Shown: piece by piece, positions 1-11,496 of the stretch
Numbering within the stretch: the first letter of the stretch is position 1
Layout: every line of letters begins with the position of its first letter
Source: an uncultured delta proteobacterium
GTDB taxonomy: Bacteria > Myxococcota_A > Polyangia > Polyangiales > Polyangiaceae
Direction: 5' to 3'
Assembly (NCBI GenBank): GCA_963782055.1
Contig: CAWAIF010000003.1
Span: 4,832,001-4,896,000 of the forward strand
DNA length: 64,000 bases
Made by a program: the position numbers and the translations under genes
The notes under the pieces: generated by a model
The model's database searches: none
Seen by the model: the letters and a program-made list of their open reading frames with translations, nothing else
Told to the model about the DNA's origin: nothing

Positions 1-924
1 TACATGTCGCCGGAGCAGGCGCGTGGCCTGCGCAACGTCGACCACCGCACCGACCTCTGGTCGATGGGCGTCATCGTCTTCAAGTGCGTGACCGGCACCC
101 TGCCCTTCGAGGGCGAGTCGCTGGGCAATCTGCTCGTCAAGATCTGCACCTCTCCCATCCCTGTGCCCTCGCAGCGGCTGCCCGGTCTGCCGCCTGCGTT
201 CGACGCCTGGTTCGCCCGCGCGCTCGACCGCGATCCCAACCGTCGCTTCGGCAGCGCGCAGGAGCTCGCCGACGCCCTCGCCTACGCATGCGGCGTCAAC
301 CTGCGTCGCGGGCCGCAGATCAGCGCGTCGGCCGTCCCCGCGTACAACACCCCCGCGATGGTGCCCGCAGCGTCGGGGCCCGCCACGCCCTACGGCGTGC
401 CGGCGCAGTCGCCCTCGCCTTACGCGTCGCCCCCGCCCTACGGTAGCGGCGGGACGCAGCCGGGCTACGGCGCGCCCGGCGGACCGAGCGCGACGTCCGC
501 CCCCTTCGTCGCCACCCCCGCGCCGCCGCAGCGCTCCTCAGGACTCGTCGTGGCCGCGATCGGCGCGGCCATCCTGGGCGTCGGGCTGGGCGTCTTCGGC
601 GTCATCAAGCTCTCCGGCGCGGGCGAGAGCCACACCGCCGGCGCCGCGCAGGTGGACACGGTCAACACCGCCGAGCCGCCCACCACGACGGTCACCGCGC
701 TGGTGACGGCGCCGCCGCCTCCCACCGTCACCCCGCCGCCGGCGGACACCACCACCAAACCGGCCACGACGGCGAAGCCTGCGCACACCACGAAGGTGCA
801 GCATCGCGTGAAGCCGCCTCCGCCCCCGGCGACGACCACCGTCAAGAAGCCCCCTCCGCCTCCGCCCCCCGCGCACACCACGAAGAAGCCCCCCGGCGGC
901 GGCGATTTCGGCCCCGGCTTCTGA
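1..924 (+). CDS. Ser/Thr protein kinase, C-terminal part (5'-truncated by window), with TM helix and Pro/Thr-rich tail
   Basis: YMSPEQ...DHRTDLWSMGVI...PF kinase subdomains VIII-XI; hydrophobic LVVAAIGAAILGVGLGVFGVI. Confidence 0.9.
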   Translation, partial: YMSPEQARGLRNVDHRTDLWSMGVIVFKCVTGTLPFEGESLGNLLVKICTSPIPVPSQRLPGLPPAFDAWFARALDRDPNRRFGSAQELADALAYACGVNLRRGPQISASAVPAYNTPAMVPAASGPATPYGVPAQSPSPYASPPPYGSGGTQPGYGAPGGPSATSAPFVATPAPPQRSSGLVVAAIGAAILGVGLGVFGVIKLSGAGESHTAGAAQVDTVNTAEPPTTTVTALVTAPPPPTVTPPPADTTTKPATTAKPAHTTKVQHRVKPPPPPATTTVKKPPPPPPPAHTTKKPPGGGDFGPGF

Positions 925-1031
925 CCGCTTTCTCGCCCAGCAGGGGCGGAAAAGAGAATTGGGGGACACCGGGGCTCGTCTTTCGGTAGGCTGCCTCTTA
1001 CTCACGAGCTGACGCTCGTCCTGAGCTTCCC

Positions 1032-2420
1032 ATGCACACACGCGCCCTCGTCTTCTCCCTCGCCACCCTCACCGCCACCGTCTGCCTCGCCCCCCGTCCC
1101 GCCGTCGCCCAGCAAGTGAGCGACGCCGACCGACAGGCCGCGCGCGACCTGTACAACGCCGGCTGGGCGTTGCAGCAGCAGGGCAAGTACGCCGACGCGG
1201 TGGACAAGTACCAGCGGTCCCTCTCGGTGTACCCGGCGCCAACGACGGCGCTGCGCATGGCGCAGTGCAAGGCCGCGCTGGGGCAGCTGGTGGAGGCGTC
1301 GGAGGAGTACCGCGCCATCGTCAACACGCAGCTCCCGGCGGGCTCTCCAGACGCGTTCCAGAAGGCGAAGGAGGCCGCGGCGGGGGAGCTGGGGAAGGTG
1401 GAGCCGCGCATCCCCAAGCTGAAGATCTTCGTGCAGCCGTCCAACGCGCCGGGGCTGACGGTCACCGTCGACAACCAGCAGGTGCCCAACGCGCTGCTGG
1501 GCGTGGGGCGTCCGGTGGACCCCGGGCACCACAAGGTGGTGGCGATCGCGCAGGGGTACGATCAGGCGGAGCAGTCGCTCGACGTGCGCGAGAAGCAGAC
1601 GCAGGAGGTCCACCTGACGATGAAGGCGGGCAGCGGGGGGAGCGGGGTGACCTACGGGCCGCCTGGCGGCGGGGGCAACGGGGTGACCATCAGCGGCGGC
1701 GGTGGTGGGACGGCGACGGGCACCGGCACCGATACGGGAACGGGGGCCGGCACGGGCACGGGCACGGGCACGGGCACGGGCACGGGCGGCAAGTGGGTCC
1801 CCCCGTCGGCCCGGCCGAAGCCGAAGGTCTCCAGGACGGGCCTCCTGCTCGGCGGCGGCCTGGGCATCGCCTTCCCCAGCGGCGGCAACTTCACCGGCGA
1901 CAGCAACAGCCCCAGCCTCGCCGACAACGTGGGGGCCGGCGCGGCGTTCAGCCTGGATGCCGGCCTGCGCTTCGCCAACATCTGGGTCGTGGCGGCCACG
2001 CTGGAGGGCGACGCCTACTCCGACGGCGGCAGCCAGACCATCGTGGTCGGGACCAACTCGGTCCTCAGCCGATTGAGCACAGGTTCGCTCGTTGGCGCCA
2101 CCATCGGCGTGATCAGCAGCCCGGACCACTTCGGCTTCTACGGCAACCTCGGCTTCGGCTGGCGCACGACGAAGGTGAACTTCACCCTCGACGACCTCAG
2201 CACCGCGTACAACGTCTTCTCCGGCCCGGAGTTCCTGCTCACCCTCGGCCTCGCCATTCCCGCGGGCCCGCTCCGTATCCTGCCCAACGCCAGCTTCGGC
2301 ATCGGCTCCTATTCCAATTTCGAGGCCGGCGACGGCACGTCCCAGAGCGTCAGCAACGCAAGCATCCACATGTGGGGCGTGCTCGGCGTGAAGGTCTTCT
2401 TCGACATCAACCTGCGTTGA
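1032..2420 (+). CDS. Secreted TPR/PEGA-like domain protein with Gly/Thr linker and C-terminal outer-membrane beta-barrel-like domain
   Basis: Signal peptide; AARDLY..G..LQQQGKYADA TPR-like helices; VDPGHHKV PEGA-like motif; alternating beta-strand C-terminus. Confidence 0.7.
   Translation: MHTRALVFSLATLTATVCLAPRPAVAQQVSDADRQAARDLYNAGWALQQQGKYADAVDKYQRSLSVYPAPTTALRMAQCKAALGQLVEASEEYRAIVNTQLPAGSPDAFQKAKEAAAGELGKVEPRIPKLKIFVQPSNAPGLTVTVDNQQVPNALLGVGRPVDPGHHKVVAIAQGYDQAEQSLDVREKQTQEVHLTMKAGSGGSGVTYGPPGGGGNGVTISGGGGGTATGTGTDTGTGAGTGTGTGTGTGTGGKWVPPSARPKPKVSRTGLLLGGGLGIAFPSGGNFTGDSNSPSLADNVGAGAAFSLDAGLRFANIWVVAATLEGDAYSDGGSQTIVVGTNSVLSRLSTGSLVGATIGVISSPDHFGFYGNLGFGWRTTKVNFTLDDLSTAYNVFSGPEFLLTLGLAIPAGPLRILPNASFGIGSYSNFEAGDGTSQSVSNASIHMWGVLGVKVFFDINLR
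1716..1787 (+). repeat. Imperfect 6-bp tandem repeat (ACGGGC)n encoding a Thr-Gly linker
   Basis: cacgggcacgggcacgggcacgggcacgggcacgggc at about 1751-1787 with degenerate units upstream. Confidence 0.85.
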
Positions 2421-3136
2421 TGCGTCGCACGGCGCTCCTCTTCGCCCCGGCGCTCCTCGTCCCGGCGCTCGCCTTCGCGCAGGACGACGCCGGCGCGCCG
2501 GCGCCGGGGGACGCCACGGCCGACGGCGCCGACGCCGCCACGGCGACCACCACCGCGGACGCCGCGCCGACGATCGACCCGCACGAGCTGCCGCCCGAGT
2601 CGCCGAAGCTGGTGGTGAAGCAGCCCACCGAGTCCCTCTACAGCGCGATGGGCGGCTTCCGCGGCGGCTTCGCCCTCGCCGCGGGGGAGATGGGCGCCGA
2701 CGTCGGCCCGGCGGGCGACTTTGGCCTGGAGGGCGGCGCGCGCTTCCTCCGCAACTTCTATGGCGGCCTCATCGGCTCGGGCACGCTCTTCGTCACGCCC
2801 AGCAAGACGATGGCGCAGAGCGTCTCCAGCTTCCTCTTCGGCTTCGAGGCAGGGTGGTTCTCCAACCCCAAGGGCTTCGGCTTCTTCGGCGCCGCGGGCG
2901 CCGCCTTGCGCTACGTCTCCATCGGCGACTCCAATGGCACGTCCATCGGCCGCGGCGGCGGGGACTTCCTGCTGACGGTGGCGATGCACTTCAAGATCGG
3001 CCACCACGTGCGGCTGCTCCCGCGCATCGACATGCAGGCGGGCGCCGCCGGCGGCTACGGGCACGCGATCTTCGTCTTCGGCCTGTCCGCCTGGTACAAC
3101 CAGGACTTCGGCGGCTCGAAGAAGGAGACGGAGTAG
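2420..3136 (+). CDS. Hypothetical secreted protein, probable small outer-membrane beta-barrel
   Basis: ATG overlaps previous TGA (TGATG); signal peptide MRRTALLFAPALLVPALAFA; Gly/aromatic amphipathic strands. Confidence 0.65.
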   Translation: MRRTALLFAPALLVPALAFAQDDAGAPAPGDATADGADAATATTTADAAPTIDPHELPPESPKLVVKQPTESLYSAMGGFRGGFALAAGEMGADVGPAGDFGLEGGARFLRNFYGGLIGSGTLFVTPSKTMAQSVSSFLFGFEAGWFSNPKGFGFFGAAGAALRYVSIGDSNGTSIGRGGGDFLLTVAMHFKIGHHVRLLPRIDMQAGAAGGYGHAIFVFGLSAWYNQDFGGSKKETE

Positions 3137-3138
3137 CG

Positions 3139-3858
3139 CTACTCCGCGCGGCCCTTCGGGCCGACGCCGCTCACGTGCACCGCGCACACGCCCGCCGGTC
3201 GCGACGCCACGTCGAAGACCGGCGCGTCGCAGCGCTCGCACACGAACAGGGAGTGCTCGTAGCCCTCCGGGCGGAGCAGCGCGTCGACCGCGACGAGGGA
3301 CAGCACGCGATCGACGAGGCTCATCCGGCCGCGCGCGCGGGGCACCAGCGCGAGGTTGCCGTCGGTATCGCGGGCGCGGCCGACCAGCTCGGTCATGGCG
3401 GCGTGGGCGGCGAAGGCGGTGAGGCCCTCCGGCGTCATGAGCTCGCGCAGGACGAAGACCACGTCGGTGCGCATGTCGGCGAGCAGGCGCGAGACGCGAT
3501 CTTCCGGGACGGTCACGCCGCTCGCGGGGACGGGGGTGAGGTCCGACTCGGCGGGGGTGTCGGTCTCCAGCGTCAGCACCTGCGCGAAGACCGCGCTGCG
3601 CCGGAAGGAGGCGGAGTCGGGGACGCCGGCGCGCAGGCCGAGGGCGTGCTCGCCGGACATGGGCGCGTCACCGAAGGTGAGCGTGCGGTACGGGCCGCTC
3701 AGCCAGAGCGCGAGCTCGCGCTTGCCCCACCCGTCGCGGGCGCCGGCGAGGATCTGCAGCACCGCGCGGCGGCAGGTGTTGGCAAACTCGTGGGGCCCGA
3801 CGTCACCCGGGAAGTCCCCGAAGTCGACAAGCCGCTCCTCGGCAATCCCTCGCTCCAT
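3139..3858 (-). CDS. Hypothetical protein with C-terminal zinc-finger-like motif (CGNR-zinc-finger-like)
   Basis: CERC-x4-FDVASR-x4-CAVH; GAGGAG RBS upstream. Confidence 0.55.
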   Translation of the reverse strand: MERGIAEERLVDFGDFPGDVGPHEFANTCRRAVLQILAGARDGWGKRELALWLSGPYRTLTFGDAPMSGEHALGLRAGVPDSASFRRSAVFAQVLTLETDTPAESDLTPVPASGVTVPEDRVSRLLADMRTDVVFVLRELMTPEGLTAFAAHAAMTELVGRARDTDGNLALVPRARGRMSLVDRVLSLVAVDALLRPEGYEHSLFVCERCDAPVFDVASRPAGVCAVHVSGVGPKGRAE

Positions 3859-3978
3859 GGCTCCTCATCGGCCGCCCCGCAGAGGCGGTTCCGCGGACAG
3901 CCTTATCGAAGAATTCGAGCCGGAGCGCAAGACCCGGGGACTCCCTGCCCCCCCTTTCATCGACACCGCGCCACGCGC

Positions 3979-4004
3979 CGGAGTGCAAGCATGCTTGCAC
4001 TCCG
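3979..4004. promoter_or_regulatory. Perfect 26-bp palindrome, candidate operator
   Basis: CGGAGTGCAAGCA/TGCTTGCACTCCG, intergenic, ~120 bp upstream of the 3858 start. Confidence 0.7.
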
Positions 4005-4113
4005 ACGTTCGGGAGGGAAAAGCCGCGGGATGAGGGGGGGACCGCGGCGAGTGACCGAGCGACCGGTCTGCGGCCATTCCACCCGGCGTCGGGGTCATCA
4101 CTCGCCGAGGGGG

Positions 4114-4605
4114 TCACTCGTAGAAGCGGGAATGGATGGCGATGGCGGCGAGGACGGCCACCTCCGGCGGCACGTCGCGCTCCTCGCGCAGGTCCACCTT
4201 GAAGCGGTCGCGGATGCCAGGCTCCTTCATGACGATCAACGCGATCTTGCCGTCGTTGTTCTTGCACTCGAAGACGTCCTTCACGACGCCGACGACGCCG
4301 GCGTTGGCGTGGTAGCCCTTGCCGTTGACCGACATGGTGAGCGTCTTGCGGAAGGCGATGGCGGAGAAGTTGAGGGTCGCCATCTCCTCGTTGCCGGGGC
4401 CGCGCACCTGGAATTTCGTCTTGAGAACGTTGCCCTTGAGGGTCGCCAGAGGCTTGCCCTCCTTGACGTCGCTCAGGTGCAGGTGGGGCGTGGTCGTGAC
4501 GAGCTCGCCCTTGACCAGCATGCTCGGCTCGCCCTCGCCGTTCACCTTGACGTCGTACTGGGCCGACATGGACATCAGGCGTTGCACGATCTCGTAGCTC
4601 GGCAT
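4114..4605 (-). CDS. LURP-one/Tubby-C-like (scramblase-fold) protein
   Basis: YEIVQRLMSM..Y.V, beta-rich body, C-terminal hydrophobic helix VAVLAAIAIH. Confidence 0.7.
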   Translation of the reverse strand: MPSYEIVQRLMSMSAQYDVKVNGEGEPSMLVKGELVTTTPHLHLSDVKEGKPLATLKGNVLKTKFQVRGPGNEEMATLNFSAIAFRKTLTMSVNGKGYHANAGVVGVVKDVFECKNNDGKIALIVMKEPGIRDRFKVDLREERDVPPEVAVLAAIAIHSRFYE

Positions 4606-4645
4606 CGATCCTCCGATTGGCCATGGTAACCCCGCCCGCCCCCCA

Positions 4646-4688
4646 GAGAAAAAGAAAAGCCCGCGCCGAACGTGCCGGCGCGGGCTTT
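4646..4688 (-). terminator. Rho-independent terminator of hppA (possibly bidirectional)
   Basis: AAAGCCCGCGCCG-loop-CGGCGCGGGCTTT hairpin followed on the minus strand by a T-rich tract. Confidence 0.85.
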
Positions 4689-4707
4689 CCCTCGACCCCG
4701 GAGGGGC

Positions 4708-7248
<2,541 letters not shown>

Positions 7249-7378
7249 CGAGAGACCTCTCTGAGTGAGGGCCTCTCGCGTCCGTGTGGCGGTGCCGAAG
7301 CCTCGGTGCCCCAGCGGAGAGATGCGAGAGACCCGCGATCTCGAGGGGTTGGCCGCCTGCGTTCGCGCAGGACGCTTC

Positions 7379-7394
7379 AGCACGCCTCGTGCCG
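7379..7394 (-). promoter_or_regulatory. Putative sigma54 (-24/-12) promoter of hppA
   Basis: Minus strand CGGCACGAGGCGTGCT with canonical GG-N10-GC spacing. Confidence 0.6.
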
Positions 7395-7577
7395 GCCGGG
7401 CGTACCCGAGCGGCGGCGGCGATCTACCAGGATGGGGCGCCCCATGCAATGGATCGGAGGTAAAAGCGCGGAAACATTGGTCGAACCGGGATGGGCCCGC
7501 GGGGCGGGGCCGCCGGCCGCACGGACCGCGAGCATGCTGACAGTGGGGCCTCCGACGCCCCGGTCACCGCGTCCCGC

Positions 7578-8258
7578 TCACGGCGGGCCGAGCTCGTGCA
7601 TCGGGATGTCGTAGACGAAGGCCCCCTCCACCCCGGACAGCTCCACCCGGGCCCGGTCGTTCGGCTTGGCCCCCGGCTTGGCGGTGACGCGCCCCTCCGC
7701 CATCCACTGAAGCACGGTGCGCAGCAGGGCGTGCTCCGCGCCGAGGACGCGCTCGCGGAGCGACTCGTCGTCGTCGGTCCCGAGCACCGGCACCACCGCC
7801 TGCGCGATGATCGGGCCGGTGTCGGTGCCCTGGTCGACGAAGTGCACGGTGCAGCCCGTCAGCTTCACCCCGTAGTGGAAGGCCTGCGACTGGGCGTTCA
7901 GCCCCGGGAAGGCGGGCAGCAGGGCCGGGTGGATGTTGACGACGCGCATGGGGAAGGCGTCGAGCAGCTCGGAGGTGACGACGCGCATGAAGCCGGCGAG
8001 CACCACGTAGTCCACCTCGTGGCCGACCAGCACCTCCACCACCGCGGCGTCGAAGGCGGTGCGGCTGCCGTAGCGGCGGTGGTCGATGACCACGGCGGGG
8101 ATGCCGGCCTTCTTCGCCCGCGCGACGCCGCCCGCCGAGGCGACGTTGGAGATGACGACGGCGAGCCGCGCGTCGAGCTGGCCGGCGTCGATCCCGTCCA
8201 GGATGGCCTGAAGGTTGGTTCCCTCGCCGGAGAGCAGCACGCCGAGCTTGAGGGTCAT
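7578..8258 (-). CDS. purN: Phosphoribosylglycinamide formyltransferase
   Basis: LGVLLSGEGTNLQA, VLAGFMR, NIHPALLPAFPG, GCTVHFVD..DTGPII. Confidence 0.96.
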   Translation of the reverse strand: MTLKLGVLLSGEGTNLQAILDGIDAGQLDARLAVVISNVASAGGVARAKKAGIPAVVIDHRRYGSRTAFDAAVVEVLVGHEVDYVVLAGFMRVVTSELLDAFPMRVVNIHPALLPAFPGLNAQSQAFHYGVKLTGCTVHFVDQGTDTGPIIAQAVVPVLGTDDDESLRERVLGAEHALLRTVLQWMAEGRVTAKPGAKPNDRARVELSGVEGAFVYDIPMHELGPP

Positions 8259-9298
8259 GTGACGTCCCAGATGACGCGCGCCTCGAAGGGCGCTTCCTTG
8301 TCGACACGCACGACGCGGCCGAGATCGATCGGGGTCTCCCCGGCGTCGTGCAGGGCGCGGGCGGCGCCGGTCGCGGTGGACGCGGCGACCACGAAGACGA
8401 AGCCGACACCCAGGTTGAAGGTGGCGCGCATCTCCGGCTCCTCGACCGGGCCTCGCCGGGCGATGAGGTCGAACACCGGCGGACGCTGCCACGGCGCGCC
8501 CAGGCGCACCCCGAGCCCCTCCGGCAGCACGCGCGGCAGGTTGCCGGGGAGCCCGCCGCCGGTGACGTGGCTCATCGCCCGGACGTCCACGTCGCTGCGC
8601 GCGCAGAGCGTCCGGACGATGCGCGCGTAGAGGCGCGTCGGGCGGAGCAGCGCCTCCGCCACCGTGGCGCCGCCGAGCTCCTCCGGCCGCTCCTCGCTCG
8701 CGTCGCCCAGCACACGCCGCGCCAGGGAGTAGCCGTTGGAGTGCAGCCCGGAGGACGCGAGGCCCAGGACGTGATCGCCCTCGGCCACGCGCGAGCCGTC
8801 GACCAGGCGCGAGCGGGCGACGACGCCGACGCAGAAGCCGGCGAGGTCGTACTCGCCGGGCGCGTACATGCCGGGGAGCTCGGCCGTCTCGCCGCCGAGC
8901 AGCGCGCAGCCGGACTCCTCGCACCCGCGGGCGATGCCGGTGATGACCTTCTCCGCCACGGCGACGTCCAGCTTGCTGGTGGCGAAGTAGTCGAGGAAAA
9001 AGAGGGGGCGCGCGCCGGTCGTCACCACGTCGTTGACGCTCATCGCCACCAGGTCGATGCCGATGGTGTCGTGCACGCCCGTGGCGAAGGCCACCTTGAG
9101 CTTGGTGCCGACGCCGTCGGTGCCGCTGACGAGCACCGGCTCGTCCACGCCCTCCGGCACGCGGCAGAGTCCCGCGAAGCCGCCGACGTCGGCGAGGACC
9201 TCCGCGATGCGCGTCGCCCGCGCGAGGGGCTTGATGCGCTCGACCAGCTCGTCGCCCGCCTCGATGTCGACGCCCGCGTGCCGGTAGGTGACCGCCAT
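8255..9298 (-). CDS. purM: Phosphoribosylformylglycinamidine cyclo-ligase
   Basis: Y..AGVDI, SGTDGVGTKL, GGETAELPG, SSGLHSNGYSL, HVTGGGLPGNLPR. Confidence 0.97.
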   Translation of the reverse strand: MAVTYRHAGVDIEAGDELVERIKPLARATRIAEVLADVGGFAGLCRVPEGVDEPVLVSGTDGVGTKLKVAFATGVHDTIGIDLVAMSVNDVVTTGARPLFFLDYFATSKLDVAVAEKVITGIARGCEESGCALLGGETAELPGMYAPGEYDLAGFCVGVVARSRLVDGSRVAEGDHVLGLASSGLHSNGYSLARRVLGDASEERPEELGGATVAEALLRPTRLYARIVRTLCARSDVDVRAMSHVTGGGLPGNLPRVLPEGLGVRLGAPWQRPPVFDLIARRGPVEEPEMRATFNLGVGFVFVVAASTATGAARALHDAGETPIDLGRVVRVDKEAPFEARVIWDVT

Positions 9299-9526
9299 GC
9301 CGCGACGCTAAATCACCACCGCAGATTCGGCTACGCAGATCGTGAGGCCGCGAGCCTCGCTGCCAGGCCTCGGAGCGGGAGCATGCGAGCGGTCGCACGG
9401 TCCACGACGACCTCGGCAGGGACGCGCCATCCCGGCCGGGTCGCCACAATCGAGCCGGCCCTTCGTCACTCATCGAAGAGTCACGAGGGGCTTGCCCCAT
9501 CGCCCCACCTGTGCGATGGCGCGCCG

Positions 9527-11071
9527 ATGGCGCATCGCCGGACCGCCGGGGTCACCTTACCGCTCTTCTCCATCCGCAGCGCCCGCGACTGGGGGGTGGG
9601 CGAGATCGGCGATCTGCCCGCGTGCGCGCGCTTCGTACGCAGCGCCGGCTTCGGGATCTTGCAGCTCTTGCCCGTCTACGAGCTGGCGCGCGGGGAGACC
9701 TCACCCTACGGGGCGCGCACCGGCTTCGGCCTGGACCCGCTGTACGCGTCCATCGAGGAGGTGCCCGAGCTGGACCCGGCCGCCATCGACGAGGCGCTCG
9801 GCGCGGAGGGAATGGCGGAGCGCGAGCGCCTGCACGCCGCGCCTCGCGTGGACTACGAGGCGGTGCGCACCCTGAAGATGCGCGCGCTGGAGGCGGCGTT
9901 CGCGCGCTTCGAGGAGCGGGAGTGGTCTCGCGGCACGCGACGCGCCAAGGAGCTCGAGATGTTCGCCGGCCGCGAGGCCGGGTGGGAGGACGACCTGGCC
10001 CTGTACGTGGCGCTGCGCGACGAGCATCACGAGCACGGCTGGCGCACGTGGCCGACCGCCGAGCGGCTGCGCGATCCGGCGAGCCTCGACGAGGCGCGCG
10101 GGCGGCTCGCCCGCCGGGTCCGCTTTCACCAGTACCTGCAGTGGGTGCTGCACGATCAGTGGACGCGCGCCCGCAAGGCGGTGGAGGCGGAGAGCGTCTC
10201 GCTCATGGGCGACCTGCCCTTCATCGTGGGGCGCGAGAGCGCCGACGTGTGGGCGAACGCGCGCATCTTCCGCGACGACCTGGATCTGGGCGCGCCGCCG
10301 GACGGGTTCTCGGCGGTCGGCCAGTCGTGGGGGCTTCCGCCGTACGACTGGCAGGCGCTCGCGCAGGAGGGCCACGCGTGGCTGCGCGCGCGCGTGGCGC
10401 ACGCGGGGCGGCTCTACCACTCCTTCCGGCTGGACCACGTCGTCGGGTACTTCCGCCAGTACGTGCGGGCGGGCGAGGCGCTCGGCCGCTTCGACCCGGA
10501 GGAGGAGGCGGACCAGCTCGCGCACGGCAAGATGCTGCTGGGCGCCATCCTGGAGGCTGCCGGCGGCTCGGCGCTCATCGCCGAGGATCTCGGCGTGATC
10601 CCGGCGTTCGTGCGCGCGACGCTCGTGGAGATGGGCGTGCCCGGCTACAAGATCCTGCCCTGGGAGCGCGACGCCCAGGAGAAGCTGCGCGACCCGGCGG
10701 AGCTGCCTGCGCTGTCGGTCGCCTCGTACAGCACACACGACACCGCGCCCATCAACGCCTGGTGGCCAGAGCTGCCCGAGACGGACCGCGCGCGCCTCGC
10801 CGAGCTGGGCGGCTTCGAGCAGGACGCGCCGGCGGACGAGCGCGAGCGCGGCCTGTTCCGCCTGCTCTTCTCCGCGCCCTCCGAGCGGGCGCTGGTGCTC
10901 GCGCCGGAGCTCTTCGGCGAGACGACGCGCATCAACGTGCCGAGCACGGTGGGTAACGACAACTGGACGTACCGCATGCCCGCGCCCATGCAGCGGCTGG
11001 ACGCCGACCCGGCGATGCGCGCGCGGCTGGACGCCTTCGCCGCGATGCTGCGCGCGACCGGACGGGTCTGA
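9527..11071 (+). CDS. malQ: 4-alpha-glucanotransferase (amylomaltase, GH77)
   Basis: AGVTLPLFSIRS..WGVGEIGDL, GDLPFIV..SADVW, GAPPD.FS..GQSWG.P.Y, FRLDHVVG, AEDLG, STHDT, RINVP...NWTYR. Confidence 0.93.
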   Translation: MAHRRTAGVTLPLFSIRSARDWGVGEIGDLPACARFVRSAGFGILQLLPVYELARGETSPYGARTGFGLDPLYASIEEVPELDPAAIDEALGAEGMAERERLHAAPRVDYEAVRTLKMRALEAAFARFEEREWSRGTRRAKELEMFAGREAGWEDDLALYVALRDEHHEHGWRTWPTAERLRDPASLDEARGRLARRVRFHQYLQWVLHDQWTRARKAVEAESVSLMGDLPFIVGRESADVWANARIFRDDLDLGAPPDGFSAVGQSWGLPPYDWQALAQEGHAWLRARVAHAGRLYHSFRLDHVVGYFRQYVRAGEALGRFDPEEEADQLAHGKMLLGAILEAAGGSALIAEDLGVIPAFVRATLVEMGVPGYKILPWERDAQEKLRDPAELPALSVASYSTHDTAPINAWWPELPETDRARLAELGGFEQDAPADERERGLFRLLFSAPSERALVLAPELFGETTRINVPSTVGNDNWTYRMPAPMQRLDADPAMRARLDAFAAMLRATGRV

Positions 11072-11074
11072 ACG

Positions 11075-11479
11075 TCAGGCTTCGGAGGAGGCGGGAGGCG
11101 CTTCCTCGAGCTCCCACGCCACCTCGCCGAGCAGGCCCTCCAGGGTCTCGAGCGGCATGGGCTTCCAGGGCGTGCCCATGTCGACGAGATCGCCGCTGGC
11201 GTCCATCGGCAGGTTCGCCTCGATGGGGTAGTAGCGGTTGTGCGCCTCGATGAGCGCGTTCAGCTTCGTCAGGCGCTGGTGGACGCTGCGCATGAAGCGC
11301 TCGTCCGCGGAGGGCGCGCGCAGATCGCCGAGCAGCGACTCACGGAGGTCCTCGATGCGGCGGCGCCGGATCATGTAGGCGGGCGGCCCTGCGACGATGG
11401 CGCGCACGCGCTCGGCGGTGGTGAGGCTGAAGTTGCGCGCAGGCGCGGCGGTCTGGATGGGGCGGGGCTTCTTGGGCAC
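11075..11479 (-). CDS. Small hypothetical protein
   Basis: GTG-start ORF after the kinase with globular composition (GPPAYMIRRRRIEDL...HNRYYPIEANLPMD). Confidence 0.6.
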   Translation of the reverse strand: MPKKPRPIQTAAPARNFSLTTAERVRAIVAGPPAYMIRRRRIEDLRESLLGDLRAPSADERFMRSVHQRLTKLNALIEAHNRYYPIEANLPMDASGDLVDMGTPWKPMPLETLEGLLGEVAWELEEAPPASSEA

Positions 11480-11496
11480 GGCTCGCCCCCATCTTG

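Noticed and set aside
1716..1787. Hexamer repeat as a phase-variation locus
   Set aside because: Unit length is a multiple of three and only changes linker length
1265..3136. 623-aa ORF as one gene; similar N-terminal extensions on purN, malQ, mgtA and the crotonase
   Set aside because: Only the 3' parts look coding; true starts were placed at internal ATG/GTG codons
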